Below, piece after piece: positions 38,217 through 48,537 of a DNA stretch of 64,000 bases. A program made the translations under genes and the position numbers. Positions within the stretch are counted from its first letter, which is position 1; every line of letters starts with the position of its first letter. Source of the stretch: an uncultured bacterium (GTDB lineage Bacteria; Krumholzibacteriota; Krumholzibacteriia; JACNKJ01); the NCBI GenBank assembly GCA_964440095.1, contig CAYTPZ010000001.1, forward strand, positions 261,327 to 325,326, written 5' to 3'. A model generated the notes under the pieces. The model worked only from the letters and a program-made list of their open reading frames with translations, did not search any database and had not been told where the DNA came from.

Positions 38217-39567
38217 AGTCGGGCCTCCTAGCGTAGATGATTTCAAGTCGGGGATCCTTGCCGGGTTCATCCAGGAAAAAGGAGAAGCTGCGCGGACGCT
38301 CGTCGCGACCGTTCAGGGCCAGGACGATGCCGTGGTTTTCCCGGTCTCCCTGCATCCACTCCTGCACCCAAGTGGTCAGGGGAATGGTAACGATGTCCAC
38401 AGGATCTCCGAACCCATCGAAGAGGTCGAGGGCCGAGGCCAGGCCATAGTTGTCGTCTTCGTTGTATTCGGGCGCTTCGCTGTCGAACTCCTCGTTGAGC
38501 GCGAGGGCCCGCAGGGTAAGTCCGCCCGAATCCCGATCCTGCACGCCTGCCCCCACAATGCTGGCGGAATCGGGGCAGAGATAGAGTCGCGCACGCATGA
38601 CCATGAGATCATCGGAACGAAGGCTGTCGGGCAGGAAAACCGAAAGGTGTGTGAAACGAGCCACCCCGGTGGCCAGGCTGATTTCGCCTGCGCCCATGGG
38701 GTTGATACGGCTGAGGGCCTGACCATTCTTGGCGCAATGGACGGTTTCGATCTCATCCTCGTCGATGTAGTAGTTCACGGCCAGGCGGGCGGGAGCAGGA
38801 ATAGTGTCCTGGGGCGCGCGGGAGTGCAGGCTGTAAAGGCGAAGCAGACCGCTGTCGTTGCTGATGGGCAATTGAAAAGCAAGGTTCAGGCTGTCACCGT
38901 TTGCGCTAGCCTCCAACCAATCCAGCACGAGCTCACGGGAAATGGGAATGGAGAACTGTGTGTTGATCGCGTCATCCACGGCATAGGGACCTGCGCCGGT
39001 GGCATCCACGGGGGATAGCGCATCCAGCGAAGTGAGAACCTCTTCAGTGTCGGGCCATGTCTCGAAACTCATGAGATCCACGAGGATATTCCGAGCGAGA
39101 TCGGGATTGTCCCCCTCGAGTTCCTCGGTGCTGCCCTCGGGTATCCATGTTGCTGGAGGAAGATCCACAATGAAGGTTGCGCCGGTGATGTAGGGTTCAA
39201 ACTCTTCCGCAGCCGAAAGGTCGAAGCTCCAGATGGGTTCGGCCCTGAATCCGGAGTGCACACGATCATCCCCGCAATAGAGCATTTCGGGATCATAGAG
39301 CGGAAGCTCTTCTTCCCAATAGCGCACGGAGATGATGGGCATGATTCCCGGTTCATAGACCAGGAGTTCACCCGGCGGATCCAGATCGCTGGACTGGGGT
39401 CCCAAGGGCGTCGGTCCGGGCTCCAGGCAGGCGAGCAGCGGAAGTAGCAGTAGCCAGATCAGAGGGGAGATTCGTCTCACGTCATTCCCGATATCGGTGG
39501 AGGTTTCATACCCAGGCCGCGGGATTCTACGCAAAGGGCCCCGGCCCGTCAAGAAGACCCGCTGCAT
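38209..39567 (-). CDS. hypothetical acidic lipoprotein (lipobox LLAC)
   Basis: Hydrophobic segment ISPLIWLLLLPLLAC ends in Cys. A GTG at 39480 is a possible alternative start. 452-aa track ORF. Confidence 0.5.
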   Translation of the reverse strand: MQRVFLTGRGPLRRIPRPGYETSTDIGNDVRRISPLIWLLLLPLLACLEPGPTPLGPQSSDLDPPGELLVYEPGIMPIISVRYWEEELPLYDPEMLYCGDDRVHSGFRAEPIWSFDLSAAEEFEPYITGATFIVDLPPATWIPEGSTEELEGDNPDLARNILVDLMSFETWPDTEEVLTSLDALSPVDATGAGPYAVDDAINTQFSIPISRELVLDWLEASANGDSLNLAFQLPISNDSGLLRLYSLHSRAPQDTIPAPARLAVNYYIDEDEIETVHCAKNGQALSRINPMGAGEISLATGVARFTHLSVFLPDSLRSDDLMVMRARLYLCPDSASIVGAGVQDRDSGGLTLRALALNEEFDSEAPEYNEDDNYGLASALDLFDGFGDPVDIVTIPLTTWVQEWMQGDRENHGIVLALNGRDERPRSFSFFLDEPGKDPRLEIIYARRPDFE

Positions 39568-39603
39568 TGCTGCGGTCCTTCGAATTCTTGGGAAGTTTTG
39601 CGT

Positions 39604-41061
39604 CTAAAACCTTGTCAACAGGGTAAGTTCCACGCCGTCGAAGGCCGGTTCATAGCGGCAAACCCCTCCGATGCAGATATATCCGGCACGCCGGCCACCT
39701 GCGAAAAAGCGGATTTCGTGCATATCGCCGATCAGTCCAGCAATTTGAACCCCGGTCCAAGATTCACGGATTTCCTCTTCCCCTTGCAAGATCTGTTGTT
39801 CATCGGTCCAGTTCAGGTACTCCGCGATAAAGGAGAGAGACCAACCAATAGGCGCCATGATTTCAAGAACGAAGAGGTCATCGTCGAATTCGCCCACGAA
39901 CCCGGAATCCTTGTGCTGGTGTTCCCACTCGAGCATGAACTCGAAGGATTTCATTGCCAGTCGAACATCCCCGGCAAAGGTGAGATAATTCTCGTCTACG
40001 AGAGTGCCCAAAGGTGATCCGGTTTTCTGCTCCTGGTAGTCGACAATACCATGGGCGGACAAAAGAAAGTCTCCGGAAAAGTACTGATCCCATTCCACAT
40101 AGGACTCGGCATAATCGGCTTCGCCGGATTCGCCATCCAGCGATTCGGATAATGCATGGGATACTAGGAAGGAACCCAGCGGCGTGTTGGCAGAAAGATC
40201 GAGTAGGTAGCCCTTCTCGTCGTCCATGTTCAACTGATGGGGATGGCGATTGAGCAAGGTCGCACGCTGATCGTGGATCTGCACGGGTGCTTGGTTCGTG
40301 GCCGCGAAGTTTTCGTAGTGTTTATAACCGCCGAAAACACTGAAGGGGCCGAGGAGTAAGGACCCTTCCAGAACCTGCCCTTTTCCCTCAACGTCATCAC
40401 CGAAGCGAAAACCACCTTCATAGTCCAGCTGCAGCAGGTTATTGGCCCAGCCACCGCGGAAAGTTTGGAGGCCCAGGTGTGCTGCGGCACCCGGCGTATC
40501 GTGATTCACGGTGCTGCTGCCCAAAGTCAGGTTACCGAGACTGCGCTCGAGATTCAGGCCGGAAATGCTTCCCGAATGCCGGCGCCCGAAGTGTTCCATG
40601 GGGCCGGTGTCGATCAAGCCACGCAGGGCCGTGATACTCCAATCGCCCGGTGCCCAGGAGTAGAGGACGCCGTCCAGATTGCTGTCCAGGCGAAGGTCGC
40701 GATTCTCATAGCTTCTCAGGGCTAATCCACGGCCGAATAGCTGGGTAAAGGTACCCACGCGCAGACTCTGATTCCCCCACTCCAACTCAGCATAGCGATG
40801 GGTAAGTTTTTCGAAGCCCGTGAGCTCCGGATCGGAAACGCTGGGGTCCGGCTTGGGAAAGGCCGACCACTGTAGCCCAATCTGAAATGGTCCGCCGTAG
40901 AAATCGAGATCGAACCATTCTTCGATGATCTCACGATCGCGCTCGGAATCTCGACTGACCTCAATGTGATTATTACCCTGGAAGTAAATTTCCTCACTCA
41001 CACCGGGTACAGCGATGAGCAATCCCAGCGCGACAATCAGCCCCGCCCTTTTACTCATCAT
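39604..41061 (-). CDS. putative outer-membrane beta-barrel (porin-like) protein
   Basis: Start at ATG 41061 (MMSKRAGLIVALGLLIAVPGVS signal) with GGAGGAGG upstream. C-terminal ...LTRF. Rich in G/Y/F/D/N. Confidence 0.5.
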   Translation of the reverse strand: MMSKRAGLIVALGLLIAVPGVSEEIYFQGNNHIEVSRDSERDREIIEEWFDLDFYGGPFQIGLQWSAFPKPDPSVSDPELTGFEKLTHRYAELEWGNQSLRVGTFTQLFGRGLALRSYENRDLRLDSNLDGVLYSWAPGDWSITALRGLIDTGPMEHFGRRHSGSISGLNLERSLGNLTLGSSTVNHDTPGAAAHLGLQTFRGGWANNLLQLDYEGGFRFGDDVEGKGQVLEGSLLLGPFSVFGGYKHYENFAATNQAPVQIHDQRATLLNRHPHQLNMDDEKGYLLDLSANTPLGSFLVSHALSESLDGESGEADYAESYVEWDQYFSGDFLLSAHGIVDYQEQKTGSPLGTLVDENYLTFAGDVRLAMKSFEFMLEWEHQHKDSGFVGEFDDDLFVLEIMAPIGWSLSFIAEYLNWTDEQQILQGEEEIRESWTGVQIAGLIGDMHEIRFFAGGRRAGYICIGGVCRYEPAFDGVELTLLTRF

Positions 41062-41575
41062 CCTCCTCCAGAACAATATCAGGATTGTCAGCCAGAATGA
41101 GCTTTGACCAAGTTTTGGGATCCTTCTCCTTGAATCCCATACTTGAGGACAGAATGGTTCCATCGGTACCGATGAGCACATTGAAGGGAACACCGCGTCC
41201 ACCCAGCTTGCGCAGGGCTTCCTGATTGGAGTCGGTGTAGACAGGGAACTCGAATCCGTGACGATGCACGAAGGGCTTGATCTGCTTTTGAGTGCGGGGG
41301 TCATCAATGGAAACCGTGATGAGCTTCAGCCCCGATTTCTCGGCCCACTCTTTCTGAAACTCTTCCACCTTGGGGAGCTCGGCCAGGCAGGGTTTGCACC
41401 ATGTGGCCCAGAAGTTCAGTAACACAGGCCCTTTTCCCAGGAACTCACTCACGTGATGCTTCTTGCCTTCCAGGTCGGTGATCGAGATCCTCGGCAACTG
41501 CTTGCCCTCGGCCAATGAACTCAGAGGAAGTGCGAGGATAAGAAGCAGCGGCATCAGGATTCGCAGCACGCGCAT
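41051..41575 (-). CDS. TlpA/ResA-family periplasmic thiol:disulfide oxidoreductase (thioredoxin fold)
   Basis: WATWCKPC (CxxC) motif. Signal peptide. 174 aa. Confidence 0.85.
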   Translation of the reverse strand: MRVLRILMPLLLILALPLSSLAEGKQLPRISITDLEGKKHHVSEFLGKGPVLLNFWATWCKPCLAELPKVEEFQKEWAEKSGLKLITVSIDDPRTQKQIKPFVHRHGFEFPVYTDSNQEALRKLGGRGVPFNVLIGTDGTILSSSMGFKEKDPKTWSKLILADNPDIVLEEDDE

Positions 41576-41648
41576 GAGGATTCCTTTCCTGTTGACATCA
41601 TGAAGCTCCCGGCGGATCTGCCGCCGGGAGCCATGGAATTCGATTCGC

Positions 41649-42974
41649 TTACTTGGCCAAAACCATTCGGCCCGCAGCCGTTTCGCCGTTCATCTGAACC
41701 TTGTAGAGGTAGACGCCGCTCGAGAGCTCCTCGCCGCCGAACGCCACCTGATTCACACCCTCGCTGATCAAGAGGGTTTCGCGATGGAGCAAGCGGCCGC
41801 GCACGTCCAGCACGCTCAACTCGCCCGTTCCCGACTGACCCGCCGTGAAACGAATATTGGTCTTGGGATTGAATGGATTGGGATAATTCCCTTCCACACG
41901 AAGGGCAAAAGCAGCGGGATGATCCACGCCGGTGGGATCATCCAGTACGGTGCAGATGCGCTCGAGCAAGGTGGCCAAGCTGCCCCGATCATCTTCGACG
42001 CCTTCGATGTCGAAGCCCAGGTTCACCAGGCGACCGTTGTCCGTGCGAATAAGGCCGGCCGGATTACCATTGGGATAGCGGAAGGCCACAGAGCCGACGC
42101 CCGTACCCAATGCGAGTTCGTCGCACTCGACCTGGGTGAGATCGAGCTGAAGATCGAGATTGTCGCCGAGGTAGCTACCGGGCTCGCCACTGAGCAGCGG
42201 ACCGGAAGGACCGTGGTCCGCAGTCCATTCGCAGCCCGTGGTGGCTTCGTACCAGTTGCAGCTGTCCACGGAATACCAGGCGCTGCCGGGGTCGCAGAGA
42301 TCGGAGGCGGCGTTCTGACCTGAGATAAGAAGCTTGCCGCCGGCACTCAGGAAATCGCCAATGACTGCCTGATCGCCAGCATCGAAGCTGGGGCCATGGG
42401 TTCCCGTGAACCAGAAGGTCTTGGGGAAGGCCTGGAGATCGGCCAGGGTCGGCGCTTCGGCAGCGCGGGGCCAGATGCCCGGAATCGTGGGCGCCATGTG
42501 CGTCTCGAGGAGAGTGCGCAGGGCTGTACCGTCGTAGGTGTCCTCGATGACCAGGACATCGCAATCGTTGTGAATGGCCGCGAATACCCAATCACCCGTG
42601 ACCCCAGGATCATTTCCACTGGTGATGGTCACGTGGTCGTAGCCCGAGCCAACGATGGTGTTCACCTGGATGTCCACTAAAATCTCGGCACTACCGCCGG
42701 GACCGAGGACCACTTCCACGTCGTGCAGGAAGGGCGGGTAGCAGATTTCACCTTCACAGAAGGAAGACTGCCAATCGGCAGGCAGAAATTCATCTTTGTG
42801 AAGCGTAAAGGTGTCCAGGTCGTCACCCGTATTGGTGAGCCAACAGTGCAGAGAAACCAGTTCGAACTGGCCTGCAGTGCCAACCTGATGAATGGGTTCG
42901 AAAGTGAAACCTGCAGCGGCGAAAGCCGGCAGAGCGGCTGCCAGCATGACGATGATGATCAGCAAATGACGCAT
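41649..42974 (-). CDS. secreted protein with T9SS (Por) C-terminal sorting domain
   Basis: C-terminal LRVEGNYPNPFNPKTNIRF...GVYLYKVQMNGETAAGRMVLAK matches the Por secretion tail. ATG 42974 with a GGAGG SD and a signal peptide. Confidence 0.8.
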   Translation of the reverse strand: MRHLLIIIVMLAAALPAFAAAGFTFEPIHQVGTAGQFELVSLHCWLTNTGDDLDTFTLHKDEFLPADWQSSFCEGEICYPPFLHDVEVVLGPGGSAEILVDIQVNTIVGSGYDHVTITSGNDPGVTGDWVFAAIHNDCDVLVIEDTYDGTALRTLLETHMAPTIPGIWPRAAEAPTLADLQAFPKTFWFTGTHGPSFDAGDQAVIGDFLSAGGKLLISGQNAASDLCDPGSAWYSVDSCNWYEATTGCEWTADHGPSGPLLSGEPGSYLGDNLDLQLDLTQVECDELALGTGVGSVAFRYPNGNPAGLIRTDNGRLVNLGFDIEGVEDDRGSLATLLERICTVLDDPTGVDHPAAFALRVEGNYPNPFNPKTNIRFTAGQSGTGELSVLDVRGRLLHRETLLISEGVNQVAFGGEELSSGVYLYKVQMNGETAAGRMVLAK

Positions 42975-42975
42975 T

Positions 42976-44274
42976 TCACGGTCCTCCGTGGGTTTCATAG
43001 GCAGTGTCGAGAACTTCGCGACTGCCCTCTGCTTGCACAAAAACAAAAGCGAAGAGATTGTCTGCGTTCACCTGCCCGAGATCAGGGGTGAACACGGTAC
43101 TAAAGTTAAAGAGTTCTCCGGCGTTTACCGAGAAAGCCTCGCCAATGGAGGGAGGTGGATCGCCGTCGTAATTGGTGTCGATTTCCCCATCCACACCATT
43201 CATGTGTCGAACCACATTCTGGAAGTGCGTCTGTTCGTTGCCGCCGTCTTCCTCGAGCTCGGTTTCACTCTCGGCCAGGCCGTAGTAGATGCGCCAGGGT
43301 CCCGCTCCGATATCGCTGAGAGCCTTGCCGTCTACGGTCACCGTATAGTCCCCACCCGCTACCGCCTTGGTGACCCGCAGGGCCAGCTTGGGAGTCATGG
43401 CAAGACGGGCTTCACAGTCGTCCAGGATGATCTGACTATCCTGGGGATCGGAGACCGCGCTGCCATCCACGAATATGGTGGGAAGGTTCAGGAAACTGGT
43501 GCCGCCGTAATACAACCATCGCTCCAGATTGACCTCGATGTTGTACTGGTAGAAGGGATCGAACTGAGCCGGCCAGAAGAGGTGGAACGAAAGTGGCAGG
43601 ATCTCCCCGGAAGCCTGACTCTTGGCAAGCCAGAGCGCTGCCTCGGCCTCGGGGCAACCCAGGCAGGCCGTGTTAGAATAGTCTTCACCAAGCACCACGC
43701 GTGTGTTGCGAACGCCTTCGAAGTGAGCGAAGGCGTCGCCGCCGACTTCCAGATTCACGATGATGCTGGACGGATCGTAATCGAACCCTTCGTGCTGGAC
43801 GGAGATCTCGAGATCCCGACCCGCTGGAAGGGTTAGCACGGCCGGCGTTTCCACACCCTGTGAGGATCCATCCACCCAGATTTCTGCACCAGGGAGAGGG
43901 CTATTCCACAGGTCTACCGAAGTAACGGTTAGATTTCCGGTTAGACTACTGCCCTCAAACACCACAGTTTGTTCGGTGCCGGGCTCGAGAATTAGATCCA
44001 CGCTGCTGGGCAAGAAGACCCATCCGCTGAGATCAGCGATCTCGAGGCGGTGGGATATCCAGGGATCCAATTCCAGCGTGATCGGAGGAGCGAGGTCCAA
44101 TATTTCCCCGTTCAGGAGAATGACCGCCTGGGCCAGGACTTCGCCCTGATCGTCACGCACATCGATAGTCAACAGTGCCGTATCCAGATCCTGCTGTCCG
44201 CAGAAACTGATCTGCAGCAGGAACAGATACGGAAGCACGGTCAGCCAGCGGTTGACTCGCAAAACTTCCTCCAT
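42976..44274 (-). CDS. hypothetical secreted protein (no sorting tail recognised)
   Basis: 432 aa with a hydrophobic N-terminus. First gene of the tight minus-strand operon. Confidence 0.5.
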   Translation of the reverse strand: MEEVLRVNRWLTVLPYLFLLQISFCGQQDLDTALLTIDVRDDQGEVLAQAVILLNGEILDLAPPITLELDPWISHRLEIADLSGWVFLPSSVDLILEPGTEQTVVFEGSSLTGNLTVTSVDLWNSPLPGAEIWVDGSSQGVETPAVLTLPAGRDLEISVQHEGFDYDPSSIIVNLEVGGDAFAHFEGVRNTRVVLGEDYSNTACLGCPEAEAALWLAKSQASGEILPLSFHLFWPAQFDPFYQYNIEVNLERWLYYGGTSFLNLPTIFVDGSAVSDPQDSQIILDDCEARLAMTPKLALRVTKAVAGGDYTVTVDGKALSDIGAGPWRIYYGLAESETELEEDGGNEQTHFQNVVRHMNGVDGEIDTNYDGDPPPSIGEAFSVNAGELFNFSTVFTPDLGQVNADNLFAFVFVQAEGSREVLDTAYETHGGP

Positions 44275-44363
44275 GAAGGGTGCCCGAGTGCTGTGAGATA
44301 GCGCTATCGCCCTTAAAGATAACAGATTTAGGGCCTTCCCACAATTGAGAAAAAATCGGGGAT

Positions 44364-45836
44364 CTAGAGCTGATCTGAGCTCATGGAGGTGAATCGTTTT
44401 CGAAAATGGAGAGCCAATTCCAAGGCCTCCAGGAGCATGCCTCGGGAGACCGTGGGCCGATCCTCAAGAGCCGCCAAACTGGCCGCCAGGGCTCTAACCT
44501 TGGCCCTGAGGCGGAAACTGGCCCCGGATCCCGATAACTGGCCATCCAGCCAAGCGGCCAGCTGACCGTTCAGGCTCGGAGCTTCACGCGTTAATCTGTC
44601 ATGGGCTTCCCTGACTCTCTCCCAAACGGGCGATCCCGGCTGAGTCTGACCCCGCAGCCCATCCCAGGCGGGAACCTCGAGGATCATGTCGATTCGATCC
44701 AGAACAGGTCCCGAAAGCCGGCCCAGATAGCGCCGGATCTGAGGCGGCGCGCAGCGGCAGTGCTCCCGACCTCTCAGAAGCTGTCCGCAAGGGCAGGGAT
44801 TCATGGCCGCCACCAGTTGAAAGCGCGCTGGCCAGCGTATGCGCCCCGCCCCTCGACTGAGGGTATAGGAGCCTTCCTCCATGGGCTGACGCAATGATTC
44901 GAGCACCGCCCGATTGAATTCAGGCACTTCATCCAGAAAGAGCAGACCCCGATGCGCGAGCGCCAGTTCACCGGGCCTTCCACCGCGCCCCAGTGTGCCC
45001 AGCAGCCCCGGCACGCTGAGACTGTGATGCGGCGCGCGAAAAGGCCGCAGGCCATCCTGGCGAAGAGGTAGTCCAGCAAGGGATCGCAGGGCCAGAACCT
45101 CGCTTTCCTCCTCGGCGGAAAGGGGCGGTAGAATTTCCCTGAGCGCCCGTGCCATGTGTGTTTTCCCTCCACCGGGAGCCCCCACCAGCAACAGATGATG
45201 CCCCCCCGCAGCCGCCACCTCCAGGGCATGCCTGAGGTGTTCCTGTCCTTCCAGAGCGTTCAACAGGGGCGTCTCTCGAGTCGAACTCCTCTTCGCCTGA
45301 GTTTTTCTCGGGGCCCCCGCTTGAATCTTTCCCTCGGTCCAATTGATCACCTGTGACAGATTGCTCAGCACGCCTTTGCGGATGCCGTCCAATTGTTCCA
45401 GTTCCAGGGCGTTGCCCGGTGGGAACAGAACTCCCTCAGCCCCGGCTTTCCGTGCGGCCCGGCCCAGTACCAAAGCTCCCCGCACGGGTAAGAGCCGGCC
45501 ATCCAAAGCCAGTTCTCCCAGGACCCACCAATTCCGGCCTCGCTTCACCGATATTTGACGTGACACCTCAAGGATTCCCAGGGCAATGGCCAGATCAAAG
45601 GCGGCGCTCTCCTTGGGTTCCTCGGCCGGTGCTAGATTCACCGTTACCCTGCCCGCGGGGGTGCTGAATCCACATTCACGCAGTGCTCCCAGTACCCGAT
45701 CCCGACTTTCCCGCGTGGCGGCACCCGCCAAGCCCACCATGCCGATTCCGGGTAGGCCGCGAGACATTTGAACCTCCACCGTCACCGGCAAAGCGTCCAA
45801 ACCTCTAAGACTTCCGCCTTTCCAAACTGCGTGCAT
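44364..45836 (-). CDS. comM: YifB/ComM-family Mg-chelatase-like AAA+ ATPase
   Basis: N-terminal Lon-like domain, Walker A GAPGGGKT, and C-terminal ChlI region. 490 aa. Confidence 0.9.
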   Translation of the reverse strand: MHAVWKGGSLRGLDALPVTVEVQMSRGLPGIGMVGLAGAATRESRDRVLGALRECGFSTPAGRVTVNLAPAEEPKESAAFDLAIALGILEVSRQISVKRGRNWWVLGELALDGRLLPVRGALVLGRAARKAGAEGVLFPPGNALELEQLDGIRKGVLSNLSQVINWTEGKIQAGAPRKTQAKRSSTRETPLLNALEGQEHLRHALEVAAAGGHHLLLVGAPGGGKTHMARALREILPPLSAEEESEVLALRSLAGLPLRQDGLRPFRAPHHSLSVPGLLGTLGRGGRPGELALAHRGLLFLDEVPEFNRAVLESLRQPMEEGSYTLSRGAGRIRWPARFQLVAAMNPCPCGQLLRGREHCRCAPPQIRRYLGRLSGPVLDRIDMILEVPAWDGLRGQTQPGSPVWERVREAHDRLTREAPSLNGQLAAWLDGQLSGSGASFRLRAKVRALAASLAALEDRPTVSRGMLLEALELALHFRKRFTSMSSDQL

Positions 45837-45967
45837 GGAAACCTCCTCGGCGAATAATCAGCAAGGAGAAGGCCCAGCCCGGAACCCGGGCCCCGCCGAA
45901 GTCCCAGCGAGAAGGCGTCCACGGAATTAACAGTTTTTATTCTTCCCGACAATCGCGTCGTTTTGAG

Positions 45968-45995
45968 TTGACTTCGGAGACTGCTTTCCTAGAAT
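45968..45995 (+). promoter_or_regulatory. near-consensus sigma70 promoter (TTGACT-16-TAGAAT) for the small zinc-ribbon gene
   Basis: -35 at 45968..45973 and -10 at 45990..45995. AAGGGA SD before ATG 46042. Confidence 0.55.
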
Positions 45996-46041
45996 TTTTA
46001 CATCCGACGCAATCTGCACCCCAGAACGGTGAAAAGGGATC

Positions 46042-46254
46042 ATGGCCGAGACGAAGAAGAAGCTAGTTGTATGCGATGAATGCGGTGGGACAGGTATGCT
46101 CGAGGACGACGAATGTCAGTTCTGTTTGGGCGAGGGAAAGATCGAGGTCAACGAGGATGAGACCTGGGATCCCTCCGAGTCCGGCGACTTCGACGATGAT
46201 GACGATGATGAACTCGACGACATGATCGACGACATCGATGAAGCGAGCCCCTGA
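46042..46254 (+). CDS. small zinc-ribbon protein (CxxC-x13-CxxC) with poly-acidic C-terminal tail
   Basis: 70 aa: CDECGG...CQFCLGEG followed by DFDDDDDDELDDMIDDIDE. Own promoter and SD. Confidence 0.5.
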   Translation: MAETKKKLVVCDECGGTGMLEDDECQFCLGEGKIEVNEDETWDPSESGDFDDDDDDELDDMIDDIDEASP

Positions 46255-46255
46255 G

Positions 46256-46624
46256 CTAGATACCGCGATAGTGCTCGAGGCTCAGCCCCAAACCGTCAGC
46301 GCGCCAGTCCAGGGCTAATAGGTCCAGACGAAAATCACCTCTCCATGATTTTTCATGCAGGACCCTGCGCAGTGCTTCGCGCATGGCCTTCCGCTTTCGC
46401 GGGCCAAGGCTTTCCGCGGCGCGTCCGCAATTTTCTCCCCGACGCATGCGCACTTCCACGCAAACCAAACAGGCGCCGTCGCGCGCGAGGATGTCCACTT
46501 CATGCCGGGCCACACGATAGTTTCTTTCGAGGATGATCATGCCCGCCATTTCCAGATAGGCGGCGGCTAGTGACTCAGCGTGATCGCCGAGCCACTTCTT
46601 CGGAGCCGGCGAGAATTCGCCCAA
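46256..46624 (-). CDS. yraN: YraN-family (UPF0102) predicted endonuclease
   Basis: WLGDHAESLAAAYLEMAGMIILERNYR...EVDILA core. Start placed at TTG 46624 (GAAGGAG SD). Overlaps the rnhB 3' end by about 50 nt. Confidence 0.6.
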   Translation of the reverse strand: MGEFSPAPKKWLGDHAESLAAAYLEMAGMIILERNYRVARHEVDILARDGACLVCVEVRMRRGENCGRAAESLGPRKRKAMREALRRVLHEKSWRGDFRLDLLALDWRADGLGLSLEHYRGI

Positions 46625-47441
46625 GGAAACTCCTTCGATGCAAAGGGCAGGGACCCTTCTCTTGAAGGGCCTGGAGGTGGGAAGCGGAACCGTAACCTTT
46701 GTTGCCGGCGAAATCGTATCCGGGATACTCGGAGTCGAACTCCCGCATGATGGCATCGCGGTGCACCTTGGCAAGCACTGAAGCGGCGGCCACCGAGAGA
46801 CTGCGTGCGTCGCCATCGATGATGGCTTTGGCATTTTGCATGCCGGGAGGAATGTCGCGGCCATCCACAAGAACCATCTCTGCCGCGGGATCCAGATTGG
46901 CCAGGGCTTTTCGCATCACACGGAAGACACATTCTCGTATTCCGAACTCGTCCACGGCCTCGGCGGGTAGGTCGGCCACGGCCCAGGCCACTGCCTGATC
47001 GCGAATGAGCGGATCCCATTTTTCACGGGCCTCGGCGCTGAGGCGTTTGGAATCGTCGAGACCGGGGGCGTGGAAATTTGGCGGCAAGATAACGGCGGCA
47101 GCCGTGACGGGCCCCGCCAAAGGGCCGCGCCCCACCTCGTCCACGCCTGCGAGCAATCGCCCCTTGGCCTGATCCGAATCGAAATCTCGAAGCGTGCTCA
47201 GGCGGGCAACCAGAAGATCCAAACGCGCCTGACGCCTGCGCATGGACTTGGCCAGATTCCGTCGCCCCTTGCGCGGATCTTCATCGAGAAGCTTCAGCCA
47301 GGTCTCCCGTTGCTCCGGCTCCAGGCGCTGCAAAGATTCACGCTGCTCTTCAAGTTTGAGACGCAGGAAAACTTCGGGAGCATCCCATGAAAAAACCGGA
47401 GCCCCTAGAGGACTCCGGTCACTATGCTTCGAATCGGCCAC
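46575..47441 (-). CDS. rnhB: ribonuclease HII (with N-terminal extension of about 85 aa, or a later start)
   Basis: LAGVDEVGRGPLAGPV catalytic motif and following blocks. Start uncertain. Confidence 0.8.
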   Translation of the reverse strand: MADSKHSDRSPLGAPVFSWDAPEVFLRLKLEEQRESLQRLEPEQRETWLKLLDEDPRKGRRNLAKSMRRRQARLDLLVARLSTLRDFDSDQAKGRLLAGVDEVGRGPLAGPVTAAAVILPPNFHAPGLDDSKRLSAEAREKWDPLIRDQAVAWAVADLPAEAVDEFGIRECVFRVMRKALANLDPAAEMVLVDGRDIPPGMQNAKAIIDGDARSLSVAAASVLAKVHRDAIMREFDSEYPGYDFAGNKGYGSASHLQALQEKGPCPLHRRSFLGRILAGSEEVARRSR

Positions 47442-47443
47442 GC

Positions 47444-47794
47444 TTACTTGGTTTCCCGGATGGCCTTCACCCGCGCCTTCTTACCCTTGAGGGTGCGCAG
47501 ATAGTAGAGCTTGGCGCGACGCACCTTGCCTCGTGAGAGAACTTCGATGTCGCTGACGTTGGGGCTGTTCACGGGGAAGATCCTCTCCACTCCGATGCCG
47601 GCCGAAAGCTTGCGCACCGTGAAGGTGGCCTCCACGCCGGAGCCACGACGCTGGATGACGGTGCCCTGGAACGGCTGATGACGTTCCTTGCTACCCTCCA
47701 CCACTCGCACCTTGAAGCGAAGCGTGTCGCCCACGTTGAACTCGGGAATCCCGTCCTTCAGCTGCTGATTGCTGATCGCGTCGACGATGTTCAT
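47444..47794 (-). CDS. rplS: 50S ribosomal protein L19
   Basis: MNIVDAI...[14 protein letters not shown]...[17 protein letters not shown] 47794 with a GGAGG SD. ORF-track extension rejected. Confidence 0.9.
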   Translation of the reverse strand: MNIVDAISNQQLKDGIPEFNVGDTLRFKVRVVEGSKERHQPFQGTVIQRRGSGVEATFTVRKLSAGIGVERIFPVNSPNVSDIEVLSRGKVRRAKLYYLRTLKGKKARVKAIRETK

Positions 47795-48534
47795 CGTCCA
47801 CCTCCGTTTTGACGGCCGGGTCCCTCGGGACTTTCCGGACCTTCTTCCGTGAGCAGATCGGGGCGCTGAGTTTGTGTAAGGCGCCTGGACTGCTCTTCTC
47901 TCCATTGTTTGATCTTCGCGTGGTTCCCGCCGAGCAAAACTCCCGGGACCTTGATACCCTTGTACTCTTCGGGCCGAGTGTAATGGGGCCAATCGAGGCC
48001 GCCATCTTTATCGGTTCCGAAGGAATCGGTCTCCGCCGATTCCAGATCGGTCATCACATCGGGCAGCAACCTTACCACCGAATCGATGATGACCGCCGCT
48101 CCCAATTCGCCGCCGGTGAGAATAAAATCTCCCAGGGAGATTTCCTCCGTGACGACCAGGTCGCGGATGCGCTCGTCCAGGCCCTTGTAGCGCCCGCAAA
48201 TGAGCGTGATCTCCGCCTCGCGGCTGAGCCGCTTGGCCGTGGCCTGATCGTAGGGCCGACCTCGCGGTGAGAGCAAGATCACCGGATGCCCGGGATGCTC
48301 GCTCTCGCTCTGCACCTTCTCCACGGCCTCGACCATGGGCGGTGCCATCATAATCATTCCGGGCTGTCCGCCGTAGGGTGAGTCGTCCACCGTCGCGTGC
48401 TTGTCCTGGGCAAAATCCCGCGGATTCACGAAACGGTAACTCACAACCTTGTTGCGCTGGGCCCTGTCGAGGATGCCCACTTTCGCGGCGGCCTCCATGA
48501 ATTCCGGGAAGAGGCTGACCACGTTGATGACCAT
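47791..48534 (-). CDS. trmD: tRNA (guanine37-N1)-methyltransferase
   Basis: TrmD N-terminus [12 protein letters not shown] and SPOUT knot motifs. Confidence 0.9.
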   Translation of the reverse strand: MVINVVSLFPEFMEAAAKVGILDRAQRNKVVSYRFVNPRDFAQDKHATVDDSPYGGQPGMIMMAPPMVEAVEKVQSESEHPGHPVILLSPRGRPYDQATAKRLSREAEITLICGRYKGLDERIRDLVVTEEISLGDFILTGGELGAAVIIDSVVRLLPDVMTDLESAETDSFGTDKDGGLDWPHYTRPEEYKGIKVPGVLLGGNHAKIKQWREEQSRRLTQTQRPDLLTEEGPESPEGPGRQNGGGR

Positions 48535-48537
48535 CTG

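Noticed and set aside
45875-45893. GC hairpin GCCCGG-AAC-CCGGGC in the comM upstream region as a terminator
   Set aside because: There is no U-tract on either strand, and it lies upstream of divergent promoters.
46256-46870. 204-aa track ORF spanning yraN
   Set aside because: The N-terminal 80 aa overlap the rnhB coding region in another frame and lack YraN homology. The gene was trimmed to a TTG start with an SD.
47444-47992. 182-aa track ORF for rplS and the 247-aa overlap ORF 47691..48005
   Set aside because: L19 homology begins at ATG 47794 (GGAGG SD). The remainder is read-through of the trmD 3' end.
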